Source: a virus. Taken from it: DNA of 64,000 nt. A program made the position numbers and the translations under genes. Every line of letters begins with the position of its first letter. Within the stretch, counting starts at the first letter, position 1. The notes under the pieces were generated by a model. That model was not told where the DNA came from and did not search any database. It was given only the letters and a program-made list of their open reading frames with translations. Of the stretch, positions 1 through 8,323 are shown piece by piece. The stretch is from IMG/VR virus record IMGVR_UViG_3300042864_001965; one strand, 5' to 3'.

Positions 1-870
1 TCCCGGTGGCGCAGTGAAAGGTGTATTGTCGTTGGAACCATCATTAGCGCGTAAATTAAGGCTCTGATTGGCCACTAAAACGCCCAAATTAAACCCCCGG
101 CTTTCCGCGGTGGCACTGTCCTGAATCTCTGCTAGAGAATTGGATAATTGCTGTAAGAACAAACTACTTTGTCCAGGTAATTGAGTAGAAAGAACTCGAT
201 AAGCAGCACCAACTACCGCCGCCTGCAACGAGGTATTTGCTGGTGCGTTCACATCTACAGCGTAGGAGGGATATAAAGTGTTGAAGGCACTGACCGTATC
301 ATAGACGGCAGTAGAAACCAGCGCCATTAAGCGAGAACCTACTGTCGGTCCGACTCCCCTACCCGCTTTTCCCTCAGCTTGAACTGCATTTAAGGCGATC
401 GCATTCCAGTCGATGACGGCGTTAGTATTGAGTCCCGATACTAATTTACTGGTGACATTATTGGTTTCCAGTTGTTCGGCAATTTGGTTATTTGCATCAA
501 CTTGAGCGATGAGAAAGTAAGCCCCCGGAGCGATGACTGAAGTATTGTTGTTATACGTTAAGTTTAGGGTGACTGACTGCCCGGCATTTAGGTTCAAGTT
601 TGTGCTGACACTGGTGAGTAAGGCATCGTTACTGTCAATCTGACCGTCAGTGGAAATGTACAGCTTGACAGTAATGGGACCACTGGCGATCCCCTGTCCT
701 TGATTGGTGACAATTACCTGTGCACTTCCCTGAGTGCCGAAGTCAACCGTAGTTGGTAAATTAATCGTGCCAAAACTGCCTACTAAATCTGGTAGTGAGA
801 CACTTAAGGTAGAACTTAAGGTAGGACTTGGGAATGTCAGTGGTTTTACCGTAGGATAAATATTAATCAT
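1..870 (-). CDS. partial CDS (N-terminal ~290 aa, runs off window): CARDB-like segment followed by a PAP2/vanadium-haloperoxidase-like helical segment
   Basis: Own translation from ATG 870-868: MINIYPTVKPLTF...GQSVTLNLTYNNNTSVIAPGAYFLIAQVDANNQIAEQLETNN...DWNAIALNAVQAEGKAGRGVGPTVGSRLMALVSTAVYDTV. The frame is open to position 1 and is absent from the ORF track because no stop falls in the window. About 50% GC versus ~36-42% next door. Family call is from motif memory only. Confidence 0.45.
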   Translation of the reverse strand, partial: MINIYPTVKPLTFPSPTLSSTLSVSLPDLVGSFGTINLPTTVDFGTQGSAQVIVTNQGQGIASGPITVKLYISTDGQIDSNDALLTSVSTNLNLNAGQSVTLNLTYNNNTSVIAPGAYFLIAQVDANNQIAEQLETNNVTSKLVSGLNTNAVIDWNAIALNAVQAEGKAGRGVGPTVGSRLMALVSTAVYDTVSAFNTLYPSYAVDVNAPANTSLQAAVVGAAYRVLSTQLPGQSSLFLQQLSNSLAEIQDSATAESRGFNLGVLVANQSLNLRANDGSNDNTPFTAPPG

Positions 871-2146
871 TTTGATTTATATTTAGTTTCTTGATAGGTT
901 GTTTATTAGTTTCTTCATCGGTTAAATCAGAGTCAGTGTCTTCAACCTCCCCTCCTGATAGACCATCTATAGATTCACTCCATTCTGGCCACAGTATCCG
1001 ATATTTATTTCTGGCATTTTCCGCATAAAAATCTAATCCTTTTCTGAGAATGATTTCTGTATCAATTACCTGTTTGATAGCACCGCTAAGAAGCTGACAC
1101 CATCCGTATCTCATCCTAGAATAGCGACGATCAGGCGACCGGGATAACTCTTTAGTTCCCCCTTTTGATTCTAATCCCGGGAAGAAATAGGTCGGGAATC
1201 CAGGGATAATTAGCTTGTACCGGCATTGTAAAAGAGTATCAATTAACCCTGTTAAATCAGAGTTAAAATTAGTCATTTTGCGAATATCTTGTCCAGGATA
1301 GCTGAGAATATGATCGGTTATAATGCCACTTTTTCTACGGATTTCTAATTCTCGCTCATAAATTCTTTCTTGCTCGGTAGAAATACCTGGCATAATATGC
1401 AGAGTCGGAGAAACTCCTAAGTCATTAGATGCCCTAATCAAATTATCAAAAGCCTGTTTAACGTCAGCCCAAGCATCTAATGAAGCCAGCCAAAGAGAGC
1501 GACCATAAAGAAAATCAGGTTCATGGCGAATATGGCAGATTTTATAGGGTTCAAAAAAATAATCAGGGTCAGACTCCGAGACATATTTTCTTTGCTCGAA
1601 ACCAATTAGTTCCCCTTGATCTGTTTCTTTTCTAAACATCTCAAAGGTAGGTAAATAAAGAGTCTTTGCTACACCAAAATCTTTAGACTTGTTGGCAGAT
1701 AACCCTTCTCGTTCAATGCCCAACTCTAGAAAACATTCTCCTTTCCCTAATGCCCATCTTAGGGCTTTCTTGAGTCTATCCCCACCAATCATGTAGGTTG
1801 AAAAATCCTGTTTTCTTAACCTAATGTCTTCTGCAATGGCAAATACTTCTGGGTTAATAGGAGTTTCTTCATCATCAAGGGTTTTGGCTACTACCCATCC
1901 CTGATCGTCTCCATCGTCAGATGCGAAGGTATCAGAAGCGGCCATGTCAAGGGCGTGGATCACTTCATAGCACCATTGATTAAGTTCGATTAATTCTCTT
2001 GATATTCTCGGATCACGGATAGGATTTTCCGTAATCTCCAAATCGTAGCGACGTGATACCGACACGATACTAGGTGAAGTAAGGGATCGCTGAGAGCCTC
2101 TTAATTTGTCATCCTTTTTCTTCTTTTTTGCCATTAGAACTGCCAT
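863..2146 (-). CDS. structural protein, possibly portal
   Basis: 427-aa ORF at the end of the structural block. Size and acidic C-terminus are compatible with a portal, but I cannot name a diagnostic motif. Confidence 0.3.
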   Translation of the reverse strand: MAVLMAKKKKKDDKLRGSQRSLTSPSIVSVSRRYDLEITENPIRDPRISRELIELNQWCYEVIHALDMAASDTFASDDGDDQGWVVAKTLDDEETPINPEVFAIAEDIRLRKQDFSTYMIGGDRLKKALRWALGKGECFLELGIEREGLSANKSKDFGVAKTLYLPTFEMFRKETDQGELIGFEQRKYVSESDPDYFFEPYKICHIRHEPDFLYGRSLWLASLDAWADVKQAFDNLIRASNDLGVSPTLHIMPGISTEQERIYERELEIRRKSGIITDHILSYPGQDIRKMTNFNSDLTGLIDTLLQCRYKLIIPGFPTYFFPGLESKGGTKELSRSPDRRYSRMRYGWCQLLSGAIKQVIDTEIILRKGLDFYAENARNKYRILWPEWSESIDGLSGGEVEDTDSDLTDEETNKQPIKKLNINQND

Positions 2147-2224
2147 GTACTATTTCTATGATATAAGAAAACAGACCATTTTGTTGATGGTCTGTTTTAA
2201 ATCACCCAGGGAGAAATCTAAATA

Positions 2225-2491
2225 TTAAAAAAATCTAGAATAATATCCATCGCTCTGCAAAACTTTTCTTTCGTCAATGTCATCATTGGAAAAAAATAAA
2301 TCAGTAGTTACCGCTTCCATTAAAGCTTTAGCTGCATACTTGGATATTGTGATTCCCACTTGTGAAGTCGTATCGACTATGTAATTATCTTCAGTAGATA
2401 AATAGGTGATTGTAATAATTTCGTAACAGTTAATAAATGCCAGATAACCTTCTACTGTCTGTAGAATTAGCGGACGAAATTCCTTTTTCAT
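2225..2491 (-). CDS. hypothetical protein
   Basis: 88-aa ORF, co-directional and tightly spaced with the endolysin gene. Confidence 0.5.
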   Translation of the reverse strand: MKKEFRPLILQTVEGYLAFINCYEIITITYLSTEDNYIVDTTSQVGITISKYAAKALMEAVTTDLFFSNDDIDERKVLQSDGYYSRFF

Positions 2492-2516
2492 GATAACCTC
2501 TAGTCTTAACTAAATA

Positions 2517-3305
2517 TTACAGGTTACTTTTTGAATTGTCAATATCTTGGATAAACTTTAAAGCCCTTTCATAATATCGTTTTCTTTCGGCTAGTCCATT
2601 TGTACCACCGTTGACACGACGGGTAATTTGTTCAACGGTTGCCCCACGGTCACACAACTCGTTCATTTTATTGTTCATCCACCAAAACCCAGATGGTAAA
2701 AATAAATATCTTTCGCTGACATACGACCACCCTTCCATAACACGCTGATCGCCTATATAGTTAGCAAATGCCTGATAATGGGCTTTGCCAGTCATTTGAA
2801 GAGCATCTACACCTCTAAACTTTTTGCCGTCACCAGGTCTGGTATTCCCCAAGTCTTTTCGTCCCTCATAATTTGAGCCGTCGTGGATTTCTACCATGTA
2901 CCGTAATCCTGCTGATTCATGGGCTATTTGGCTTAAAAAATGTCGAACTCTTTGTACTGTGGTAATGTCAAATCTCTTAAGGCACTCATTTAATTTTTGG
3001 AACTGAAAATCAGTAATTTTATCGTTAAGCCTATTAAATACACCTTCAACTTGATCCTTGCGGACTACAGGAGGATAAGGGTCGTTAAAGTGACCAACAA
3101 AAGCGTACCAATTAAATTTACCCTCAATCGGGGGCTTTATTTCTAGCAAATAGTGATTTTTTTCTCTTTTGATAATCTGATTATAAATCACTTTTTGTCC
3201 AGCTTTAATTTGGATTGTTCTAAAGTCTTGGGGAAGACTTTCGGAACTGGAGTCTGTTAGGTGCGATTTTAAAATAGTGTTGCGATTCGCTTCTAGAAAT
3301 TTCAT
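2517..3305 (-). CDS. endolysin, glycoside hydrolase family 19 (chitinase-like lysozyme) with an N-terminal accessory domain
   Basis: Contains SQIAHESAGLRYMVEIHDGSNYEGRKDLGNTRPGDGKKFRGVDALQMTGKAHYQAFANY, which matches the GH19 catalytic-core pattern (HES...E...Y.GR.DLGN..GDG..FRG...Q.TG..NY). Confidence 0.8.
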   Translation of the reverse strand: MKFLEANRNTILKSHLTDSSSESLPQDFRTIQIKAGQKVIYNQIIKREKNHYLLEIKPPIEGKFNWYAFVGHFNDPYPPVVRKDQVEGVFNRLNDKITDFQFQKLNECLKRFDITTVQRVRHFLSQIAHESAGLRYMVEIHDGSNYEGRKDLGNTRPGDGKKFRGVDALQMTGKAHYQAFANYIGDQRVMEGWSYVSERYLFLPSGFWWMNNKMNELCDRGATVEQITRRVNGGTNGLAERKRYYERALKFIQDIDNSKSNL

Positions 3306-3336
3306 GGTAATTTAGTTAGTAAAATTGACAATTCTG

Positions 3337-3741
3337 TTAAGATTTATGTTCAAGTATTCCGATTCGTATATCAAGTTCTTCCTGTTTCTTGCGAATTGCT
3401 TCTATTTGATCAGAAATAGAAGAAAAAGTTTCTTGTTTGGCTTTAATAAGACTTATCTCTTTGTCAAGTTGCGCTGTTAATGTAGTCAGTTTTTCTATTC
3501 CTGTTGATAGTCTTTCGACCATTTTCTCTAGCTTTTGCTCAAGAGACTCCATCTTCTTTGATGTTTTCTCAAAGGTTTCGTGGTCAAGTTCTTTAGCCTG
3601 TGATTTAGTATTTCTTGAAAACATACTAAGTAATGCTATTGCGATAGCCACAACAGTCCCAAGATCGTTAAAATTTATTTTTAAATCGTGATTCTCGACA
3701 TAGGGGGAATGGCTTTGGTTGGCAATAGAAATATAATACAT
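3337..3741 (-). CDS. membrane-anchored coiled-coil protein (holin/spanin-type lysis accessory candidate)
   Basis: One hydrophobic helix (LGTVVAIAIALLSMF) followed by a long heptad-like coiled coil. Sits immediately upstream of the endolysin. Confidence 0.35.
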   Translation of the reverse strand: MYYISIANQSHSPYVENHDLKINFNDLGTVVAIAIALLSMFSRNTKSQAKELDHETFEKTSKKMESLEQKLEKMVERLSTGIEKLTTLTAQLDKEISLIKAKQETFSSISDQIEAIRKKQEELDIRIGILEHKS

Positions 3742-3820
3742 GGCAAAAGGGAAACATCAATAAAACTATTCTACAGTTTTTACTGTCATTTATGAATTCA
3801 AATTAATTCTTTAGAAAAAC

Positions 3821-5557
3821 TTAGCTTTGCTTTGGAGAGCTTAACAAAAAGTCATTCCCAGGCATGAAATTACCAAAACTGGGGATATTGCCAAAATTTA
3901 TAGCATTATTCCAAGTGTTTTTACAAGTATTGTAAGTTTTGTCACAACCAGCAGTAAGGATTACGCCATCGTGGGTAGCTACGGGGCCAGATGCTTCAGT
4001 AAATAACTGAATATTAGTTTTACCTCCAAATATTGGAACAGTTCGGTAAATTGCGTAAGTAGCTGATTTATTTGCTCCGTCTGTAAATGTGCATTTTCCC
4101 CAAGCAAGATTTTGATATTCTCCCCACACCTCAAAATCTCTCCGACTATTAACACCAGCAACCTGAGTCTCGTAAAATGGTACTTGTTTACGGCATCCTG
4201 AGTTATCACCGTTATCCTGTCCAAAAGCCCATTGGCAAAAAGGTGATGTTTTTTCATCTCTACTTTGCCTTAAATTAATACTAGAGGCAGTAAGATTTTC
4301 AAGCGTATAGCTTTCGCCACCAAGTGATTTAATTTCTCCCACATAACCTATTTGTATTTGCTCGTCTGGAAGATCCAAAAGTGAATTAGGAGGATATTGC
4401 CAATCAACAATTGCTGTGATAATTCGAGCTTCTCTAAATCTATCAGAAAAAAGTAAATTTTCGTCAATATTATCACTAAAAGCACCTCTATATTCTTGAT
4501 TATCCGATTGTATTCCTAATTGCTTTTCTATTGCAGTCGGATCAAAAGCTTGCTTTGCCCGAAATACTACCCCACCAATTTTTAAGTCTTGAGAAAAATT
4601 TGTATAACCGAGCTTTTCTCCGTTTGTAAGTTCAATTAAAACGCAATAACAAAGCGTTAAAACAGAATTTGCAAAAGAATCTTCTAATCCCGAATCTTGT
4701 TGTATTCCTTCGGTAAATCTCCTAATCTGTAATTCTCCAAGTGAATAAATTTGTAAAGAGGTTTGGTTTTGGTAGCTCAAAGAAACAGAGTTAAATCGGG
4801 ATAAGATTGATAAACCGTTAACTAAATCAGGATAACGAAATGTGGATCCTGAGCCCTTAGCACACAACCATAAGGCAATCAAATAATCAATATCTTTTTG
4901 AGATAAAGTTTTTCTTTGTTGTAAAGAGCTAATGTCAGAGGGAATATTTCTCCGAGAAAATCTTTTCGTTTCTCCACTAGATAAGCTAACAATATTTGTC
5001 TCAAATTTAGGAGAAATTGTACACCTTTTAGTCAAATTTAAATTAAAATCGTGATTTAAATTTGGATAAAAAACATCACCGGGTAGCAATGCAATTTCAG
5101 GTTCAATTCTTGATTCTCGTAAAATTAATTTAGGGATAGTAAAAATAGTGTTATTTCTATTTTTTGTGATAGGCTGATAATCTAATTTATCTTCTTCAAA
5201 ATGACATAATACTTTAAAAGTGCCTTCCCAAGTTAATTTGGGGATACTAAGAGGCGGATTATTAAAAACTATTTTACCAGAAGCTACTATATATTCTGAC
5301 GGTGGTATTTCTGTAGTTCCTTGATAGATTTTTAGACTATCAATATCTGGATAAAAAATAGGTCTGTGATGAACGTTATTGCCGCAGGAATATTTTTTAA
5401 TCAAAATAAATTCTGTTTTTACCCCATCGTGTTCTGGAGAAAATATTCCTTCTGTGTAGAATTCGGTAACAAGCTTGGTAGCATTTCTACTAAACTCTGA
5501 ATTATCTATATCGAAACGACAATAAACAAAATTGCCATTTGGGATAAAAGAAGTCAT
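3821..5557 (-). CDS. distal tail protein, GTA g13-like (DUF2163 plus BR0599-type C-terminus)
   Basis: C-terminus TAGCDKTYNTCKNTWNNAINFGNIPSFGNFMPG matches the 'phage conserved hypothetical BR0599' Cys-rich NFGG-type ending as I remember it. Confidence 0.5.
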   Translation of the reverse strand: MTSFIPNGNFVYCRFDIDNSEFSRNATKLVTEFYTEGIFSPEHDGVKTEFILIKKYSCGNNVHHRPIFYPDIDSLKIYQGTTEIPPSEYIVASGKIVFNNPPLSIPKLTWEGTFKVLCHFEEDKLDYQPITKNRNNTIFTIPKLILRESRIEPEIALLPGDVFYPNLNHDFNLNLTKRCTISPKFETNIVSLSSGETKRFSRRNIPSDISSLQQRKTLSQKDIDYLIALWLCAKGSGSTFRYPDLVNGLSILSRFNSVSLSYQNQTSLQIYSLGELQIRRFTEGIQQDSGLEDSFANSVLTLCYCVLIELTNGEKLGYTNFSQDLKIGGVVFRAKQAFDPTAIEKQLGIQSDNQEYRGAFSDNIDENLLFSDRFREARIITAIVDWQYPPNSLLDLPDEQIQIGYVGEIKSLGGESYTLENLTASSINLRQSRDEKTSPFCQWAFGQDNGDNSGCRKQVPFYETQVAGVNSRRDFEVWGEYQNLAWGKCTFTDGANKSATYAIYRTVPIFGGKTNIQLFTEASGPVATHDGVILTAGCDKTYNTCKNTWNNAINFGNIPSFGNFMPGNDFLLSSPKQS

Positions 5558-5571
5558 GTTAAAATCGCTGT

Positions 5572-6351
5572 TTATGGTGTTCGGTCGAATCCTGAGTTAT
5601 TAAGGTCAAAAGCGCAATAAGTAAACTGTCCATTTACGGTATCTGGTGGACGCATACTATTAACAATATCATTGCTTAATCGACAATAAATTAGCCATTT
5701 ATAAGTTCCTTTTACTTGATAATCAGAAAGGTCACGATAAAGAAAATCTTTTTTTGATCCTTTCATTTCTTCATGAAAGTCAAGAATAGCATTTAAATCA
5801 TCAGATTGTAATGCAGTTCGAGCAAGATTGAAAACTCTAACAGGACTAGACCATTGCACTATTCGTTGTTCTGCCCCATTTGTGTTTTCTAGTAAAGAAT
5901 TAGAAAACTGAATTTCTGTTTGATAGTCTTTGTCTGGAATAATAGGAAATTCAGGAATATTTACTGGGTAAGGATCATCAGGAAAATCAAATGGATCAGT
6001 GACACGAATGATGTCAATTATTATAACATTGTAAGCAAGTTTCTTGGGCTCGTTTACAGTACCAGAGTAAGTGTAGTTTTTACTGGTTCTCTCTAAGGGG
6101 ATTGTGTCAGCGACTGAACCAGTATAGCGAGAGTTATACTGATCAGAAGGAATAGAGAAAATACTTACTTGTTGACCGTATTTGCTAACTATTTTCCAAA
6201 ATTGACCAAATAGATTAATTCCGCCAACAGTCTTTAATGTCGGTTCTTTGTCCCATGAAATCGGTATGTCAGTACGCCAAAATATAGGATTATCTTGACT
6301 TCCATTTAAGCTTTTTTCTCTAGCAGTTCCAAAAACGTGACAATAGATCAT
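5572..6351 (-). CDS. tail-associated hypothetical protein
   Basis: 259-aa ORF in the fibre block. Its C-terminus carries the repeated (F/L)xYC..(L/F)..N motif, ending GQFTYCAFDLNNSGFDRTP. Confidence 0.45.
   Translation of the reverse strand: MIYCHVFGTAREKSLNGSQDNPIFWRTDIPISWDKEPTLKTVGGINLFGQFWKIVSKYGQQVSIFSIPSDQYNSRYTGSVADTIPLERTSKNYTYSGTVNEPKKLAYNVIIIDIIRVTDPFDFPDDPYPVNIPEFPIIPDKDYQTEIQFSNSLLENTNGAEQRIVQWSSPVRVFNLARTALQSDDLNAILDFHEEMKGSKKDFLYRDLSDYQVKGTYKWLIYCRLSNDIVNSMRPPDTVNGQFTYCAFDLNNSGFDRTP
5574..5620. repeat. 47-bp exact duplicate of 7224-7270 (gene-junction repeat)
   Basis: ATGGTGTTCGGTCGAATCCTGAGTTATTAAGGTCAAAAGCGCAATAA occurs at both positions. Similarity continues at lower identity for ~60 bp. 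Confidence 0.9.
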
Positions 6352-6352
6352 A

Positions 6353-7225
6353 CTAAACTAACCCTGTAGCCCACACTCGCATTAAAAGATACTCATTTCC
6401 TATGCTCCCTACACTTATCCAATGCAGATTATCGGAACCATCTGGGTCTATTCCGCTATTTCTATAGATTTGCCCTATTGGAATATCAAGAGAAGTTTTT
6501 AGGACATTAGGTATATATCCGATTGCTTTATTGGGAGCATCAAAATCTCTTAAATAAAATTCCGTGGCATTGGCTCCTGGGGTGGCTATTTGGCAACTTA
6601 GAGAGTAATTGGCAATAGAATCTGCAGATAACGATGCGGGAATTGCAAAACTTTGTATCACATTAGTATTTTCTAGTGAAGCCCTAAAAGCATCATTTCC
6701 ACTTACAGAAGAAAGGACTAAAGAATAAGCACTTCGAGGAAAAGCACCTCCAGAGTAAAGAGAATCACTAAGCCAGCCGACGCTTAAAAACTGATAAGTA
6801 CTACTATCTAAATTTGCGCCTGTTCTCCTTATTTGAAAAACATTTAAGCTTTTATTATTCAGAACAGCATAAGTCACATTTAAGGCAAGTGAATCACTGA
6901 ATGAGAAGCCAAAATTGCGATTAACTCTATTGAAAGTAGCAAGATCGCTGTCAGTGTTTGCAGAGCATATAGTGTCTCCATTCTTTTGAAATCTGGTTTT
7001 GCTAACAGTTACTGGCAAAGATAGGCTTTCAAAAGCCACTGGCAAGATCAAATTAATTTGATCATCATTTAACCGAATGGCGCAGGTTTGCCCAAAGGCA
7101 TCATTAATCCAGTCGGTAAGCTGCTGGCTGGTAACTCCTTCGGAACCAGGAGCGTAAGCAAAATTATTAGTCCTATAACCAAAATAGAAGTTATTTTTGT
7201 TGTCTTGATTAGTTAAATTAGTCAT
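6353..7225 (-). CDS. tail fibre-like hypothetical protein
   Basis: 290-aa Ser/Asn/Thr-rich ORF. ATGA start/stop overlap with the small ORF at 7222-7398. Confidence 0.4.
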   Translation of the reverse strand: MTNLTNQDNKNNFYFGYRTNNFAYAPGSEGVTSQQLTDWINDAFGQTCAIRLNDDQINLILPVAFESLSLPVTVSKTRFQKNGDTICSANTDSDLATFNRVNRNFGFSFSDSLALNVTYAVLNNKSLNVFQIRRTGANLDSSTYQFLSVGWLSDSLYSGGAFPRSAYSLVLSSVSGNDAFRASLENTNVIQSFAIPASLSADSIANYSLSCQIATPGANATEFYLRDFDAPNKAIGYIPNVLKTSLDIPIGQIYRNSGIDPDGSDNLHWISVGSIGNEYLLMRVWATGLV

Positions 7226-7398
7226 GGTGTTCGGTCGAATCCTGAGTTATTAAGGTCAAAAGCGCAATAAAGAAAAGTACCATTTACGTTGCCTAATGGG
7301 CGCATATTACTAATTGTAGCATTGCTTAGTTTGCAATAAGTAAATTTGCCGTCAGGAATAAAAGGATTAAGAAAAGGAAAAAATAACCATCTAGACAT
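7222..7398 (-). CDS. 58-aa ORF duplicating the C-terminal ~50 aa of the 5572-6351 product
   Basis: Own translation: MSRWLFFPFLNPFIPDGKFTYCKLSNATISNMRPLGNVNGTFLYCAFDLNNSGFDRTP*. Start overlaps the upstream stop (ATGTCTAG) and stop overlaps the downstream start (ATGA). Falls below the ORF-track length cut-off. Confidence 0.35.
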   Translation of the reverse strand: MSRWLFFPFLNPFIPDGKFTYCKLSNATISNMRPLGNVNGTFLYCAFDLNNSGFDRTP

Positions 7399-8323
7399 AT
7401 TTTCTCCCTATAGTAAAAAATAAATGCTTAGGGTTATTAACAGCAGAAACAACAAGTTCTAACCTGTTTCCTATGTTAACAAAATTTTCTGTTGTCACAG
7501 AAACGGTTAATCGAGTAGAAGTAATAGATAAATTATTCAATCCAGGAATATTTATTCCATTAATCCTAACCAATATAGTAGCTGTACCAGATTCAGTTAC
7601 GGCACTAAAGCTTAGGATATTATACCCTCTTAATAAAGCGAAATCAAGAGGATAAGTTTGAACAATAGGAGATTCTATGTCCCCAGAATATTGTTCGGTA
7701 TTATCGTTAATACTATTAATTTGATTTTGGAGTTTGCCAAAAGCCTGTAAAATATTATCAGTAGCAGTTATTGCGCCACCAGTAGTTATATTTAAAGCCG
7801 GCAATGAAGTCGATAAAACTTTTGAGAAGAAACCGAAGAATCCTTTATTTCCTGATTCTTTCCCGTAGAAAGTATCATTACTAGGATTCCCTACAATTTC
7901 ATCAGATCTAGCCACTGTCCCGAACGATGATCCCCCGTAATCAGCGATAAGCATATCCCCCGTGAATGTTGCTTGCCAATCTGAGCCATTAAAAACTACT
8001 GCTCCTCCAGAAACAAGAAAAACTGTTAGTCCGATAAAAGGCTGCCAGAATTTCCAAGTTCCTGTAGGCAATCCATTCAAGCCAATTACGGGATAAGCTA
8101 TCTGATTAGTCTTTCCCACCCATGCCCCAGTAGCTCCTGCGGGGACAATATAGTAGCTATCTATATTTTGAGGAATTGGGGGTGTGGTAAGGGTACGGGA
8201 AAGAATAGGCGCGGAGCCTATAGAAATAAGTCTAAATAGCTCGTTCGCTATTTGTTCTTTGTATTCCTGGGAAGATGCCAGTAATAATCCATTAGAGCCG
8301 AATATTGTCCCAGCCATCTCCAA
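7391..8323 (-). CDS. tail fibre-like protein with a DUF2793-like segment
   Basis: TPPIPQNIDSYYIVPAGATGAWVGKTNQIAYPV...GTWKFWQPFIGLTVFLVSGGAVVFNGSDW resembles the DUF2793 pattern (yiV...atGaWaG...iA...W.f..P..G) as I remember it. Confidence 0.4.
   Translation of the reverse strand: MEMAGTIFGSNGLLLASSQEYKEQIANELFRLISIGSAPILSRTLTTPPIPQNIDSYYIVPAGATGAWVGKTNQIAYPVIGLNGLPTGTWKFWQPFIGLTVFLVSGGAVVFNGSDWQATFTGDMLIADYGGSSFGTVARSDEIVGNPSNDTFYGKESGNKGFFGFFSKVLSTSLPALNITTGGAITATDNILQAFGKLQNQINSINDNTEQYSGDIESPIVQTYPLDFALLRGYNILSFSAVTESGTATILVRINGINIPGLNNLSITSTRLTVSVTTENFVNIGNRLELVVSAVNNPKHLFFTIGRKYV

Noticed and set aside
3437-3691. 84-aa plus-strand ORF
   Set aside because: It is antisense within the coiled-coil lysis-accessory ORF and has a low-complexity Ser/Leu-rich translation.
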